Assembly: GCA_950097015.1 (NCBI GenBank) | Contig: CATNEN010000001.1 | Coordinates: 992,001 to 1,056,000, forward strand | Direction: 5' to 3' | DNA: 64,000 nucleotides | Source of the DNA: Macrostomum hystrix | Taxonomy: Eukaryota; Animalia; Platyhelminthes | Shown here: one piece after another, positions 1-12,012 of the stretch | How positions within the stretch are numbered: position 1 is the first letter of the stretch | Layout: the number at the start of each line of letters is the position of its first letter | Notes under the pieces: model-generated | What the model saw: only the letters and a program-made list of their open reading frames with translations | Databases searched by the model: none | What the model was told of the DNA's origin: nothing | Translations under genes and position numbers: made by a program

Positions 1-1326
1 TAATTTCAAGTAAAGTTTATACAAGTTTCTCATGTAAAAAATCATAATTAAAAACGGATTCGTTTAAAAAAGTAAAGTACGCACGACTAATAAATTATTA
101 TACGCTTACGTCTTGCTAGATATGCCAAGATAAACAATTAAAACATGCAAACTGGGTATGTAGTGCATAAAATCGTGCGTATTTTAACATAGACATATCT
201 GCTTGGTACAGCTCGATTTTTCGCGATTTTTTTCTTCGTATCGAAATTTTTCCTTTTGAAAATACAGTCAGACGTTTTTGGTCATAGACACAAAAAAACG
301 TCTGCCTATAAATTATATTGTATGCAGTATTTTTGCAAAAGTTCTTTAAGTAGCGTGGCTATATCTTATGTTATTTTCGCGAATGCAGATACGTATTCTC
401 ATAAAAAGTGGCTTGTACTTTTTTTAACATGGACACATTTAGTTCCTAAAATGTTGAAAGGGGGGGTCTGGTCCAGCCAAGCCCCAGCCAAGGCCCCAGC
501 AAGACCAAAACGGACCTCTGTTGTACGTGTATTCTAAATCGGTGCGAGTTTTCCCCAGAGACGACGACCCTAATTGGGATAGCCTATATAAAATGTTCTA
601 TATTTAGAAATACACTACGGAGATCAAAAAAAGGTCATTCGGCTTTTTGCGCGCTACTATTTACAGCCATAGACGTGTGCAAGAAATACACTAAGGAGAT
701 AAAAAATGTATTTTCAGCTACGCATGCGCCTGCTGTAAGTAGTAGCTATAGCAGTGCAGAAACTGGCTAGTCAGTGAGTTGCAGCTAGAAGAAGCTGCAA
801 ATTTGGATTTCGGCTTTGGTTTTTGGCTTTGGATGCTTCAGTTTCTTCGAACTGATCTCAACTGAAAAGCACTCTGGTACCATTCATTGACATGTTACTT
901 TCGCGAAAACATAATTGGAGGATAGTGAAATCGAGGGAGAGTGAAGAGAGGATCAGATCGAAGGAATAGGAAGATAGGGAGGGAGGGGAGGAAAGCGAAG
1001 GTAGGGGAGGAAGCTAGGACAGAGTGAAGGGAGGATATGAGAGTGAGACACCACCACCTACCCAACCACCTGCACTCTGCATCCACCCACCCAAATTCGT
1101 ACGACTGATTCATTGTACTGATGTGTTACTTTTGCGAAAACATATTTGGAGGATAGTACAGGAGGAAATTGATAGAGAGGGAGAGTGAATAGAGGATCAG
1201 GGTAGATCGAAGAAAGGAAGAGGAGGAAAGCGAAGGTAGGGGAGGAAGCTAGGACAGAGTGAAGGGAGGATATGAGAGTGAGACAACATGCACCACCTAC
1301 CCAACCTGCACCTGCACTCTGCATCC

Positions 1327-1372
1327 ACCCACCCAACACCACACACCACACCACACCACACCACACCACACC
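1327..1372. repeat. (CACAC)n microsatellite next to the palindrome; also at ~8735-8776 and expanded at ~35521-35670
   Basis: Directly visible CCACA/CACAC runs at the same position in three copies. Confidence 0.9.
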
Positions 1373-1395
1373 CTAGCTGCAGCACTCCAATTATA

Positions 1396-1968
1396 AGAGT
1401 TTATGGACTTAGAGAATTTATAAACGTAAATTCTCGACCGTCCCAAGGCTTAAATAGTGTAGCGGGATCGGGGCGGGATAGAGGGAGCCAGTTAGTATAT
1501 ACTCTAAAGAAAGGTGCGCGCTGTACACTTTCGCTGGAGGCAATATGACGGAGATTATATCTAGATCGGGCTTGATGACGACTAATAATTACTAGATGAC
1601 CGAAAATGCATGGTGTTTCTATTTTTAGCCTAAGGCGCACCTTTCTTAAGAGTATATACTGACTGACTGGCTTGCGTGCCCCATAGACTTCAATAGGCTG
1701 CCATTTAAATACACACGAGCCAGCTTGTATATACTCTTAAGAAAGGTGCGCCTTAAGCTAAAAATAGAATCGAATCGCCCGGGGTTCAGCCAGCCCGGCT
1801 ATACTAGCCCCCATATGCAGACGACGTCGAGTAGCGAAGTCGAGTAGCGAAAAAACAGCTCGCGCACCTTTCTTTAGAGTATATATATACCTGCCTGTAT
1901 AGCATTTACTACTCCACCAGCCACACCAACTAAAAGCTCTGGGGACGGTCGAAAATTTTATCACTGAC
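1396..1968. repeat. Large nested imperfect palindrome (putative origin/recombination region), right end truncated
   Basis: Four TATATACTCT(A/T)AAGAAAGGTGCGC motifs in alternating orientation, plus paired outer arms (AAATTCTCGACCGTCCC / GGGACGGTCGAAAATTT). Confidence 0.9.
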
Positions 1969-1971
1969 TTT

Positions 1972-3250
1972 ATGCTGATGTTCCTGAACCTGCGCCAACC
2001 AGAAGATGGTTACACTGTTTACTGCGGACTGCATGCCCTTTTGATGGAATCTGCGGAAGCTTCGGCCTACCTGCATCCTACAATGTGTAGAATGACAGTG
2101 TCTGGTGTACGCAGTGCGTCAAGTGCAATTAAGCTAGTTACCAGTACGGACGAGTTTCCAGCTCTTTTCCGCGTTTCTACTCAAGAGTGCAGCTTGCTGA
2201 CCAAGGCCTTTTGCTGGGTTGCTGCTCATGAGACGTCATCTACTGAGCCTTTGCTAGATAGTGGCTTCATGTTCGAACACTTTCGTGTCAGACAAGAGCT
2301 CAGCGATTACTTTAAGGTGACTCAGATGAAACGCGTAATAGCAACAGAGGTGCTAGCTGGTTGCCAAAACTGTCGCTCTACTGCCGCTGCCGCCGCCGCC
2401 GCTGCTGATGATGCTGCAACAGCCGACTATGCGAGGACGACCTTGCCTACTCAGCTGGAGGTATGCAAAATATTATAATACATGACATTTTTTAGCACAC
2501 GTACGAGTATTGATGATTGAATTTTTGCTGTTGTTTTAATTTAAATAATTATTACTTTTGGACAATTAATTAATTAATTGTATGCGAACCTACCTAACAA
2601 CACAACAGGTCTCTGCTGCTGCTGATGTTGCTGCTTCCGCTGCTACTGCTGTTCAAGTACTTGATGCCGCCGTCGCTCATGTTCCCCGGCTGATCGCCGC
2701 CGCCACCAACGAGTGCCCAACTGTAAAGGCTGTGTGCAGCGCGTTGCAATTGCCAACTGGTGTCGTCTATCTATACGGCCCGTCTGGCGTTGGGAAGACC
2801 CACTCTGTGCAAAGCCATCTCGGTTCTACGAAAGTGCTGAATATCCAGGTGCAGAAGCGGTCTAACACGTTTATGTTTGACAAGCTCTGCGAGACTATAC
2901 ACACTGCCATGTTTATTGACGAGCTACGCCCGCAACTGTTTGATGACACATCTGAAGTCATGTGCACACTACTTCGTTTGGTCAATGGAGACACTTTTGA
3001 AGTCAATGCTAAATACAAGGCTATTCGACACGTCTCTTGGCTCAATCGACTGTTAGTGCTTGCTGGGCATGCTCCGGTCAGTGCGTATTCGATGGACTTT
3101 CAGCGCCGATTAGAACCGACACCTGATGGGCACAAGCGTCCGGTAGTTGCCATCTTCATTGGTCATTCCCTCAGTACCGACTACCAATGCGATGGACAAT
3201 GCCACCCAATACGCAATGTGTTTGGCGATCACCCGGACCGGCGAGTATGA
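1972..3250 (+). pseudogene. 5'-truncated Rep-A (exons 1972-2460 and 2609-3250), SF3 helicase part intact
   Basis: Near-identical to the 3' part of 37476-40191; GPSGVGKT Walker A, FIDE Walker B; GTATGC...CCTAAC...CAG intron. Confidence 0.85.
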
Positions 3251-3917
3251 GCGACAAGACGGTGCTGTTAGCAGGTTTTTTTTACACCAAACTGCCTGCA
3301 TGCTGCTATTTTATCGACTATATTTTTACTCGGTCATTCATTCAGTCTTTCAGCTGTTTTTTATATTTTTTTAATGTTTCATACTGTTTTTGTATGCAAT
3401 TTTATAATTATTCATACAAATAAAAGCATTGCTATATGCTCAGTTTTGAGCTTTTATTGTTGTGAAGTAGGTAATTGCTACTTCTGTTGCAAAAAAATCA
3501 TATTTCTTGCTAATTGTAGTCAATTGACTGATTAATGAAGCCCAACACGAATACAATAAATGTATTGAGCGTTTGCATGCATAAAAATACAAACAATAGT
3601 TACGATGATCAGTAGATTTATAATATAACTGCATAATGAATCATAGTGATTGTATTATTTTACATTCTGACGTTATGACGCCTCTGCTTCCTTCAGCTGT
3701 GGCATACAAAAGCTCGTCCTCAACTGGGTCTCATGTGCAATTTTTCTATATATAGTATTACTATCTTCAAACGAAGGTATATGCAAAGTGTCAAAGTATT
3801 GATTAATAAAATTCATTTATAGGTGTTATCGCGAAAAAAAAATAACGACTTCTAAACCGAAAGTAAATACGGAATTTTAGCGAAAAGACAGTTATGTTCT
3901 CAAAACGAAGGTAGGAG

Positions 3918-4185
3918 CAGTATTTTTGCAAAAGTTCTTAAAGTAGTGTGCATGGCTAAATATTATGGTATTTTCGCGAAAATACTGATATGCTATTAAA
4001 CAAAGGTAGTTGGCGGTATTTTTGCAAAAGTTATTAAAGTAGGTAGTGGTGTGCATGGCTACATATTATGGTATTTTCGCGAAACTACTGCTATGCTATT
4101 AAACAAAGGTAGTTGGCGGTATTTTTGCAAAAGTTATTAAAGTAGTGTGCATGGCTACATATTATGGTATTTTCGCGAAAATACA
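3918..4185. repeat. Short array (~3 units) of the ~100-bp palindromic repeat
   Basis: GTATTTTCGCGAAAATAC and TTTTGCAAAA cores, same unit as 40578-42055. Confidence 0.85.
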
Positions 4186-4621
4186 TGCATATTATTAGAC
4201 TAAGTATCTTGTACATTTTTAACCATAGACACATTTAGTATTTCTGCAAATTGCCAAGAGTCATAAGTGGATTTTTTTTCGCGAAAAGACTATATACTAT
4301 CTATATATTGTATTGAATACCTGTGAATGAAAAATAATGACAGTTTTTTTTGCAAAAATACTAACGATACTGCTGTATTTATGCGAAATTGCTTTGAGTA
4401 TTAAAATAATAGGAACGTTTACAAACAAAAAAATACAAACAATAATGCTTACGTAGTGCTGATGATTGTTGATGATGGTATTTTCACGAAAAGATTAGTG
4501 TATTTTCAATCACTAACAAAACAACACCAATATGTATATCAAATCGTTATGATAATCAGAGGCTTTATTTATAAAATAACTGTAATTAATCATAGTTTCT
4601 GCATTATTTTATAATATAATT

Positions 4622-5275
4622 TCAAACGTATGCCTCCGCCTCTTCAGCTGCGGCATACAATAGGCAGTCGTCAGCTGGGTCAAATAAGCAGCTACTGGCT
4701 GCCATCGCTGCCGCTGCTGCTGACGCCTCCGCCTCTTCAGCTGCGGCATACAAAAGCTCGTCATCAGCTGGGTCAAATAAGCAGCTACTGGCTGCCATCG
4801 CTGCCGCTGCTGCTGACGCCTCCGCCTCTTCAGCTGCGGCATACAAAAGCTCGTCATCAGCTGGGTCAAATAAGCAGCTACTGGCTGCCATCGCTGCCGC
4901 TGCTGCTGACGCCTCCGCCTCTTCAGCTGCTGCATACAAAAGCTCGTCATCAGCTGGGTCAAATAAGCAGCTACTGGCTGCCATCGCTGCCGCTGCTGCT
5001 GACGCCTCCGCCTCTTCAGCTGCGGCATATAAAAGCTCGTCGTCAGCTGACTCTAAGCAATTGGCTGCCATCGCCGCTTCGACCTCTTCAGCTACGGCGT
5101 ATAACAAATGGTCGTCTGCCAGGCCGAATACAAAACTGTATGTTGAATTGTATGTTTCATCATACCCGTAGTCATCATAGCCTGGCTCTTCAATCAGCTC
5201 AACGTCATCGTCGTGACAGTTGGATTTTTCCGCATCGTTTAGAGTTGGCCCTGATGATGATGTTGATGTAGGCAT
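4622..5275 (-). CDS. Acidic Ala-rich protein with 31-aa tandem repeats (CLFDPADDELLYAAAEEAEASAAAAAMAASS)
   Basis: 217-aa ORF, 93-bp repeat, frame conserved in the second copy 42497-43268. Confidence 0.6.
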   Translation of the reverse strand: MPTSTSSSGPTLNDAEKSNCHDDDVELIEEPGYDDYGYDETYNSTYSFVFGLADDHLLYAVAEEVEAAMAANCLESADDELLYAAAEEAEASAAAAAMAASSCLFDPADDELLYAAAEEAEASAAAAAMAASSCLFDPADDELLYAAAEEAEASAAAAAMAASSCLFDPADDELLYAAAEEAEASAAAAAMAASSCLFDPADDCLLYAAAEEAEAYV

Positions 5276-5510
5276 GGCGAGACAATGGGGGCAGTATTTA
5301 AAATGTTGAACTTGTTTTATTTACTTCATTAATTGTCCAAAGTTTCAACTGCATTGATTACATATTCCCAATCACATAAGATTATCAGCAAGCTTGTTAC
5401 CATAGACTAGCAATAGGGTTTTTAGTTGGTTACTTTACTAAGGTAAGTGGCGTAACTTATTTACACATTTTAGATTCTTAATTATTGTTTCAAATAAAAA
5501 AAACTACAAC

Positions 5511-5966
5511 ATATCATCCCTGGGTGGGCGGCACAATGGCGGAGATCAAGATCGAGATATCGACAGAGAGGATCACAACTCTGGCAACGACAAACCGATC
5601 TCGTGCCCTACCGTCAGTAGCAGCACAGATGTCGTGATTGGCACTGAGCGACGTCGACGAAGGCACAGCTCGGATAGTAGTTCAGACTCGGATTTTGCTA
5701 TTCTGCCTTCACGTCAACGTGTTCAGTACGTATTGCATCGTCCAGGTGTCGTGCGCATTTACAATCAGAGATTTTCTATTGTGAACGCCAATCCGACACG
5801 TGATTTAGCCGGCCAATTGCAACTGCCGCAGCATGCGCAAGTGACCGATATACAGTCACCAATTGTAAGCAGTAGCAGCAGCATCAACAATGGCGGCACT
5901 GGCACTGAAAGAGAGCGCGGCGATGCCAATCGTGCTGCAAATAACCCAGATTTGAATGACATGTAG
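5511..5966 (+). pseudogene. ORF E copy whose ATG reads ATA
   Basis: Matches 43505-43963; CAAC ATA TCA here vs CAAC ATG TCA. Confidence 0.45.
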
Positions 5967-6479
5967 CAATTGTTTTGTTAAGCACTGTTGCCATTGCTTA
6001 TAATGAAATTAATTAACTGATTAATATAATTAGAAGTTTCATGTATTTGATTCATACATCAGAGTATTTAAAGTCGACAGTTCATGATGCCTGCAAATGT
6101 TTTAAAGTACTTTTATATACACTAGCTCTCGTTCACCTTCACGTGGTATATTCAAAGCATAAGAGTTTGCCGTCACTATTGACAATATATTGTCGCGTTT
6201 ACCATTAATCATAATCAGACGACTGATGAGATCAGTCAGTAATAAAATATTAATACGCGAACACAGATGTGTGCAGGTAGTCAATCGGTTATTATTAATA
6301 CGGTTTTTATTAAATTTCACCAATACATACAGAGTATAAATATATATAGAATTTCATTGGTTGAACAAATAATCGTGCCATTCTACAATTAGTCTGATTT
6401 GCAAAGTCGCGAGAGAAAAAATAAACGTGTAAACTATAATACATAAAATTCTGCATATAAATTCTGTATTTTACAGCAT

Positions 6480-6860
6480 TCATTGTTCGATGTACCAGTA
6501 GCGAACTCCATGTATGATGAGCTGGAGTTCAGCTTGGGCTTCCTCTAAAAGCTCTAGCACTTCGATGATGTCTTGTGCTTCATCCTCTCTTATACCAGTC
6601 ACGAACAAGACAGCCTTATAGTCTTCTGCTGACCGGTGCTGTTGCAGCCATTGTTGAGTGCGCCGTAATAATAAGCATAACTCATTAGCGCTATACTCAG
6701 CATTTGGAACACCGCGCTGCAAACTAGGTAGCTGCTCGAAGCACCCTCGATGCGCTATGAACCGGCCAATGCAATCTATGCGACAGCTGAGAAAGAGTTG
6801 AAATATGTGCGGGTGAAGATACATTTGCACTAACTGCATCTGATGGGCAATGAACGACAT
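6480..6860 (-). CDS. ORF C family, small helical orphan protein (126 aa)
   Basis: Intact copy at 44474-44854 and diverged homolog at 18384-18803 (F.AHRG..EQL..LQR..PNAE...ELQ.I.HG..YW). Confidence 0.75.
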   Translation of the reverse strand: MSFIAHQMQLVQMYLHPHIFQLFLSCRIDCIGRFIAHRGCFEQLPSLQRGVPNAEYSANELCLLLRRTQQWLQQHRSAEDYKAVLFVTGIREDEAQDIIEVLELLEEAQAELQLIIHGVRYWYIEQ

Positions 6861-7115
6861 GTTCAGTCAATTAGAAAATCAAGCCGGCCTAAAGGTAAAA
6901 AAATAGTTAAGTTAAAAAAAATTATATCTTTAATCAAAGTCCCCATAGAGTATATTTTATCAAACACAGGTGAGTCAGTCCACAGACAAATCAAATGAAT
7001 ACAGGCCAGTCTGGGTATTAAGAACAAGAAATCTTTCTCGGCCAAGAAATCAGCCCACAACCAACGTTATAGCCATACCAGCAGCAAACCATACCAGATA
7101 CAACAGGATTTCATC

Positions 7116-7477
7116 ATGACATTTCATATGTTTCCGGCTGCTTTTCGGAATTTTGTCCTGTCCTCCGCTGCCAAGGAGCTAGATGAGGCTCTTTTAAAAG
7201 CCAGTTCAGCAGCGACAGCAGTGGCGGCGTCGGAGGCCTGGACGCCGGACCGGCGCCGGGCGGAGGCCGAGATGGCTGCCGCTATGCGGCGGGTCCGGGC
7301 GGCCATGGTCCGCATGGCCCGGGCCCGCCGCATAGCGGCAGGGCTGGATCCATATGTGAGAAGTAGATTTCGATTCCTTTCATTTGAATATTTATGAACA
7401 CATCTGATAACATCTGAGCTAACAAACTAAATGGAACCTAAAACCCATCCTTCATCCCGCAGCCGGGTGTCCTATGA
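7116..7477 (+). CDS. ORF D family, small Ala/Arg-rich protein, spliced (7116-7355, 7463-7477; ends GLDPY-PGVL*)
   Basis: Four paralogs in the window; GTGAG donor, CTAAC branch point and CCCGCAG acceptor conserved. Confidence 0.7.
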
Positions 7478-8114
7478 CCGAGGACTGGACTGAGGACTGA
7501 GGATGAACCGAGGATGTACCAGAGGACTGAGGATCAACCGAGGATGTACCAGAGGACTATTAATAATAGTTGGGAAGTTTGGACGCGGCTTGTTAATCCC
7601 ATTTCCCAAGGATGACTTGGTCTTGAAATTGATTATTAATTAATTGTCAATTGATTAAAATATAAATTAAAATATAGATTGAAGTATTAATTGATTAAAA
7701 TGCTAAATACGACTTATTGTTTTTTTCTTAGCTATAGTTGTATGGACAGGCCTCTATAATTTCGTTTATTATATGAAATTGTAGGCGTGCAATAATACAA
7801 CTATTATCGTACATTATACAGCCATACTCGTATAAGTTAGTTGGATAAGTTTGAAAAAGTAAAGTACAAACGACTAATAAATTATTATACACTTTCGTAT
7901 CGCTAGATATAAGATATTACAAGATGCACTATTAAAACGTGCAGACTATAGGTATGTAGTGCATTAAATTGTGTGTATTTTAACATAGACATATCTGCTT
8001 GGTACAGCTCGATTTTTCGCGATTTTTTTCTTCGTATCCACATTTTTTCTTTCGAAAATACAGTCAGACGTTTTTGGCCGTAGACACAAAAAACGGCTGC
8101 ATATAATTCATATT

Positions 8115-8146
<32 letters not shown>

Positions 8147-8798
8147 TGTTAGTAGTAGCTATAGCAGTGCAGAAGCTGGCGAGTCAGTGAGTTGCAGCTA
8201 GAACAAGCTGCAAATTTGGATTTCGGCTTTTGTTTTTGGCTTTGGATGTTTGATCGTTTTCTTCGAACTGATCTCAACTGATCGTTCCAACAAAAGCACT
8301 CTGGTACCATTCATTGACGTGTTACTTTCGCGAAAACATAATTGGAGGATAGTGAAATCGAGGGAGAGTGAAGTAGAGGTAGTGGAGGAAGCTAGAACAG
8401 AGTGAAGGGAGGATATGAGAGTGAGACACCACCACCACCTACCCAACCACCTGCACTCTGCATCCACCCACCCAAATTCGTACGACACTGATTCATTGTA
8501 TTTATCGATTCATTGTACTGATGTGTTACTTTCGCGAAAACATATTTGGTGGATAGTACAGGAGGAAATTGATAGCGAGGGAGAGTGAAGGGAGGATCAG
8601 GGTAGATCGAAGGAAGGAAGAAAGGAAGGGGAGGAAAGCGAAGGTAGGGGAGGAAGCTAGGACAGAGTAAAGGGAGGATATGAGAGTGAGACACCATGCA
8701 CCACCTACCCAACCTGCACCTGCACTCTGCATCCACCCACCCAACACCACACACCACACCACACCACACCACACCCTAGCTGCAGCACTCCAATTATA

Positions 8799-9392
8799 AG
8801 AGTTTATGGACTTAGAGAATTTATAAACGTAAATTCTCGACCGTCCCAAGGCTTAAATAGTGTAGTGAGATCGGGGCGGGATAGAGCGAGCCAGCTAGTA
8901 TATACTCTAAAGAAAGGTGCGCGCTGTACACTTTCGCTGGAGGCAATATGACGGAGATTATCTAGATCGGGCTTGATGACGACTAGTTACTAGATGACCG
9001 AAAATGCATGGTGTTTCTATTTTTAGCTTAAGGCGCACCTTTCTTAAGAGTATATACTGACTGACTGGCTTGCGTGCCCCATAGACTTTAATAGGCTGCC
9101 ATTTAAATACACACGAGCCAGCTTTTATATACTCTTAAGAAAGGTGCGCCTTAAGCTAAAAATAGAATCGAATCGCCCGGGGTTTAGCCAGCCCGGCTAT
9201 ACTAGCCCCCATATTGCCGACGACGACGACGAAGTCAAGTTGCAAGTTGCGAAAAAACAAATCGCGCACCTTTCTTTAGAGTATATATATACCTGCCTGT
9301 ATAGCATTTACCAGCCACACCAACTAAAAGCTCTGGGGACGGTCGAAAATTTTATCACTGACATGATAAAATTCTCTAAGTCCGTCAACTCT
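8799..9392. repeat. Large nested imperfect palindrome, copy 2
   Basis: Same structure as 35692-36284. Confidence 0.9.
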
Positions 9393-9773
9393 ATTTGATA
9401 TGGAATTACGGATGTCAGAGGCCTATTTGCTATGGAGGTCGATTTGCGAACTGACTTGGCTCTAAATAGACTGAGTGGATGGCTGGTTCGCGAATTTACC
9501 TCAGAGTCGAATGTAAGGTTGTATTTTGCGAAAATACGTAAAGCCTTGCTGGTTATTATTCTAATGTATTTTCGCTAAAATACACGATGGAGGTATTTTC
9601 GCGAAAAGTGTGTTTATAGTACATGTATATTCATGGATTAATGAATTTTCGCGATAATACTGCTATGTTCCCAAAACAAAGGTAAGGGCAGTATTTTTGC
9701 AAAAGGTTCATAAGAATACAACATGCGAAAGAAATGCAATATAAATAGCCAGACAACACACTCTTTAATTGTT

Positions 9774-9857
9774 AGTGAACTGGCATGCAGGTCTAATGCA
9801 TTGTCGCTAGTACAAGTGGCTCGGGTTCGAATCCCATTCACCCCAACGCACTTTTTT
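9774..9857 (+). ncRNA. tRNA-like putative Pol III transcription unit
   Basis: A-box-like TGGCATGCAGGTCTAATGC, B box GGTTCGAATCCC, paired GTGAA/TTCAC ends, upstream TATAAATA, downstream T6. Confidence 0.6.
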
Positions 9858-10326
9858 ATTTAAAAAATGGGCAACATTATACTAGAAATGAAAATAAATT
9901 TTTACTAGGAATCTGTTTTTTATATTGGAATCCAAACTTTTTGTGTGGATCCCCATTATTATTAATGTTTACTTACTACTGCAATATTACTTATAGTAGT
10001 GCCGATTGCACCTGAAGTAGTAAAGTATACTGCGAAAGTAATTGAATTAACATGGCTAGTCTATTTACTTGTAACGGTTTTTTCGCGAAAAAACTAACAT
10101 GGCTAGTCTATATACTTGTAATGGTTTTTTCGCGAAATAGCCATAGAAATTTTATCTATTAGTATTTGCGAATTGGGGATTATGAATCAAATGAATACAG
10201 GCCAGTCTGTGTATTAAGAACAAGAAATCTTTCTCGGCCAAGAAATCAGCCCACAACCAACGCCACAGCAGCAGATAACTTATAACAGAAGCTTATAACT
10301 TATAACTTATAACAGATAACAGAAGC

Positions 10327-10710
10327 ATGAGCAGCGACAGCAGCAACAGCAACAGTACCAGCTTTCCGATGTTCCCGGCGTCGTTCCGGGAACACGTCTG
10401 GGCCTCCGCTGCCGTGGAGTTGGAAAATTCCCTACGAGCTGCGAATGAAGCAGCAAATTTGGTGGCGGCAGCGGAGGCCTGGACGCCCAGACGGCGCGTG
10501 GCGGTGGCGGATCTCGCTGCAGCTATGCGGCGGGTCAAGGCGGCCAGGGCCCACCGCATAGCTGCGGGCTTGGACCCCTATGTGAGTAGTAGATTTAGAC
10601 TTTTATTTTCATTTGAATATTTAATTATAACACATCTAATAACATCTGAGCTAACAAACTAAATGAAACCTAAAAACCCATCTTTCATCCCGCAGCCAGG
10701 TGTGCTATGA
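10327..10710 (+). CDS. ORF D paralog (exons 10327-10581, 10696-10710)
   Basis: Diverged paralog; last exon still encodes PGVL* through synonymous changes (CCA GGT GTG CTA TGA). Confidence 0.7.
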
Positions 10711-11215
10711 GTCGGCTGGTCTACAGCTCGATTTTTCGCAATTTTTTTCTTCGTATCCACATTTTTTCTTTCGAAAATACAGTCAGACGTTTTTGGCCAT
10801 AGACACAAAAACGACTGCATATAATTCATATTGTATGCAGTATTTTTGCAAAAGTTCTTCAAGTAGCGTGGCTATATCTATGGTATTTTCGCGAATATAG
10901 CCAGACATTTCATCTATAATTAGTATTTGCGCACTGCCAAATTTTTTTTCGCGAAAGTACATACGTATTCTTAAGTCAAAACGACTATGATCGTTGACTA
11001 CTTGAGATCTGTGCATATTGTGGCAGTGGTAAAAAGGTAAGAAGGCTCTTGTGGAAGACAGTATCGTCACACCTGACTGCTACGGTATTGTAGTGTATAG
11101 TGATTCGGTGTGACGGTTCCGTGGTTCACATACTGCGACATGTCACATACTGGTTGAACAGTAGAATGTATTTTCGCGTCCTTCAACGGAAGCTGCTAAG
11201 ATATCAGCTGGCTAT

Positions 11216-11313
11216 TGCTCACGCATTGCCGTTAGGCCGCACGTTAGTCAGATTTCAGCTTTTTTCTGAATGCTTTCAGTTGGCTAACGTGCGGCCTAAC
11301 GGCAATGTGAGCA
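11216..11313. other. Long hairpin with perfect 24-bp arms
   Basis: CATTGCCGTTAGGCCGCACGTTAG (11224-11247) / CTAACGTGCGGCCTAACGGCAATG (11284-11307). Confidence 0.9.
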
Positions 11314-11743
11314 GTCAGCATTGCTCTGCACCGGTCATCCGTTTTAAAATATAAATAAATAATAAATATAAATAATTTAGTGTTTGTTATTTGTATAATC
11401 GTTAAAAGTACACAACTTCTTATCTTGTTTATTCTATCATTAAAATAATATGAACTGAACTGACTGGCGGTTATGCGGTGTACATTGGCGTTGAGACTTA
11501 TTACAAGACCGACGTAATCGTAATCGATCAGTCTGAGATATTATGTTTGTATTTATATTGCGCAAAACCTGAGAATAATGAAGTAGACTTAAAACTAAAA
11601 TTGATGTAATAAGAATAGACAGTAGTGGAATTAAATCGCGTAAAAGTTTAAATTTTTTAGTTTATTCTTATATCAACGTATATTAAATCAATCGATTAAA
11701 TCAAGTTCAGTCTGAATTTATTATAAGTGAGTCAGTCGATTAT

Positions 11744-11786
<43 letters not shown>

Positions 11787-12012
11787 ATCAGCCAGTAGAC
11801 AGACAAAGCAGCCCAATCTGAGTTGCACGCCGAGCCAATTGAATTGAATGAAATCAATTGCTGCACAGACATTGTCGCGTCTTGATCAATCGGCCGTGTC
11901 TTGACACTGTCGTAGTCAATATATTGTGTGTGCATATACAATGCGAGCGTCTAGATGCATGCAAAGCATCAGTCGCAGGTATAGTAGATTGCGATGACTG
12001 CACATCACTTAT

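Larger units (their letters stand above)
445..7477. mobile_element. Lineage A element, internally deleted copy 1 (left end, palindrome, 5'-truncated Rep, array, acidic protein, ORF E, ORF C, ORF D)
   Basis: Colinear and near-identical to 34734-45464; starts at the same CCTAAAATGTTGAAAGGGGGG end; a deletion joins the palindrome (~1968) directly to mid-Rep. Confidence 0.8.

Noticed and set aside
6102-6323. 73-aa ORF (also 44096-44317)
   Set aside because: AT-rich, non-ATG start; conservation is explained by recent duplication
9774-9845. Functional amber-suppressor tRNA (loop centre CTA)
   Set aside because: Only a 4-bp anticodon stem, no U33, and the arm is not conserved in the other copies
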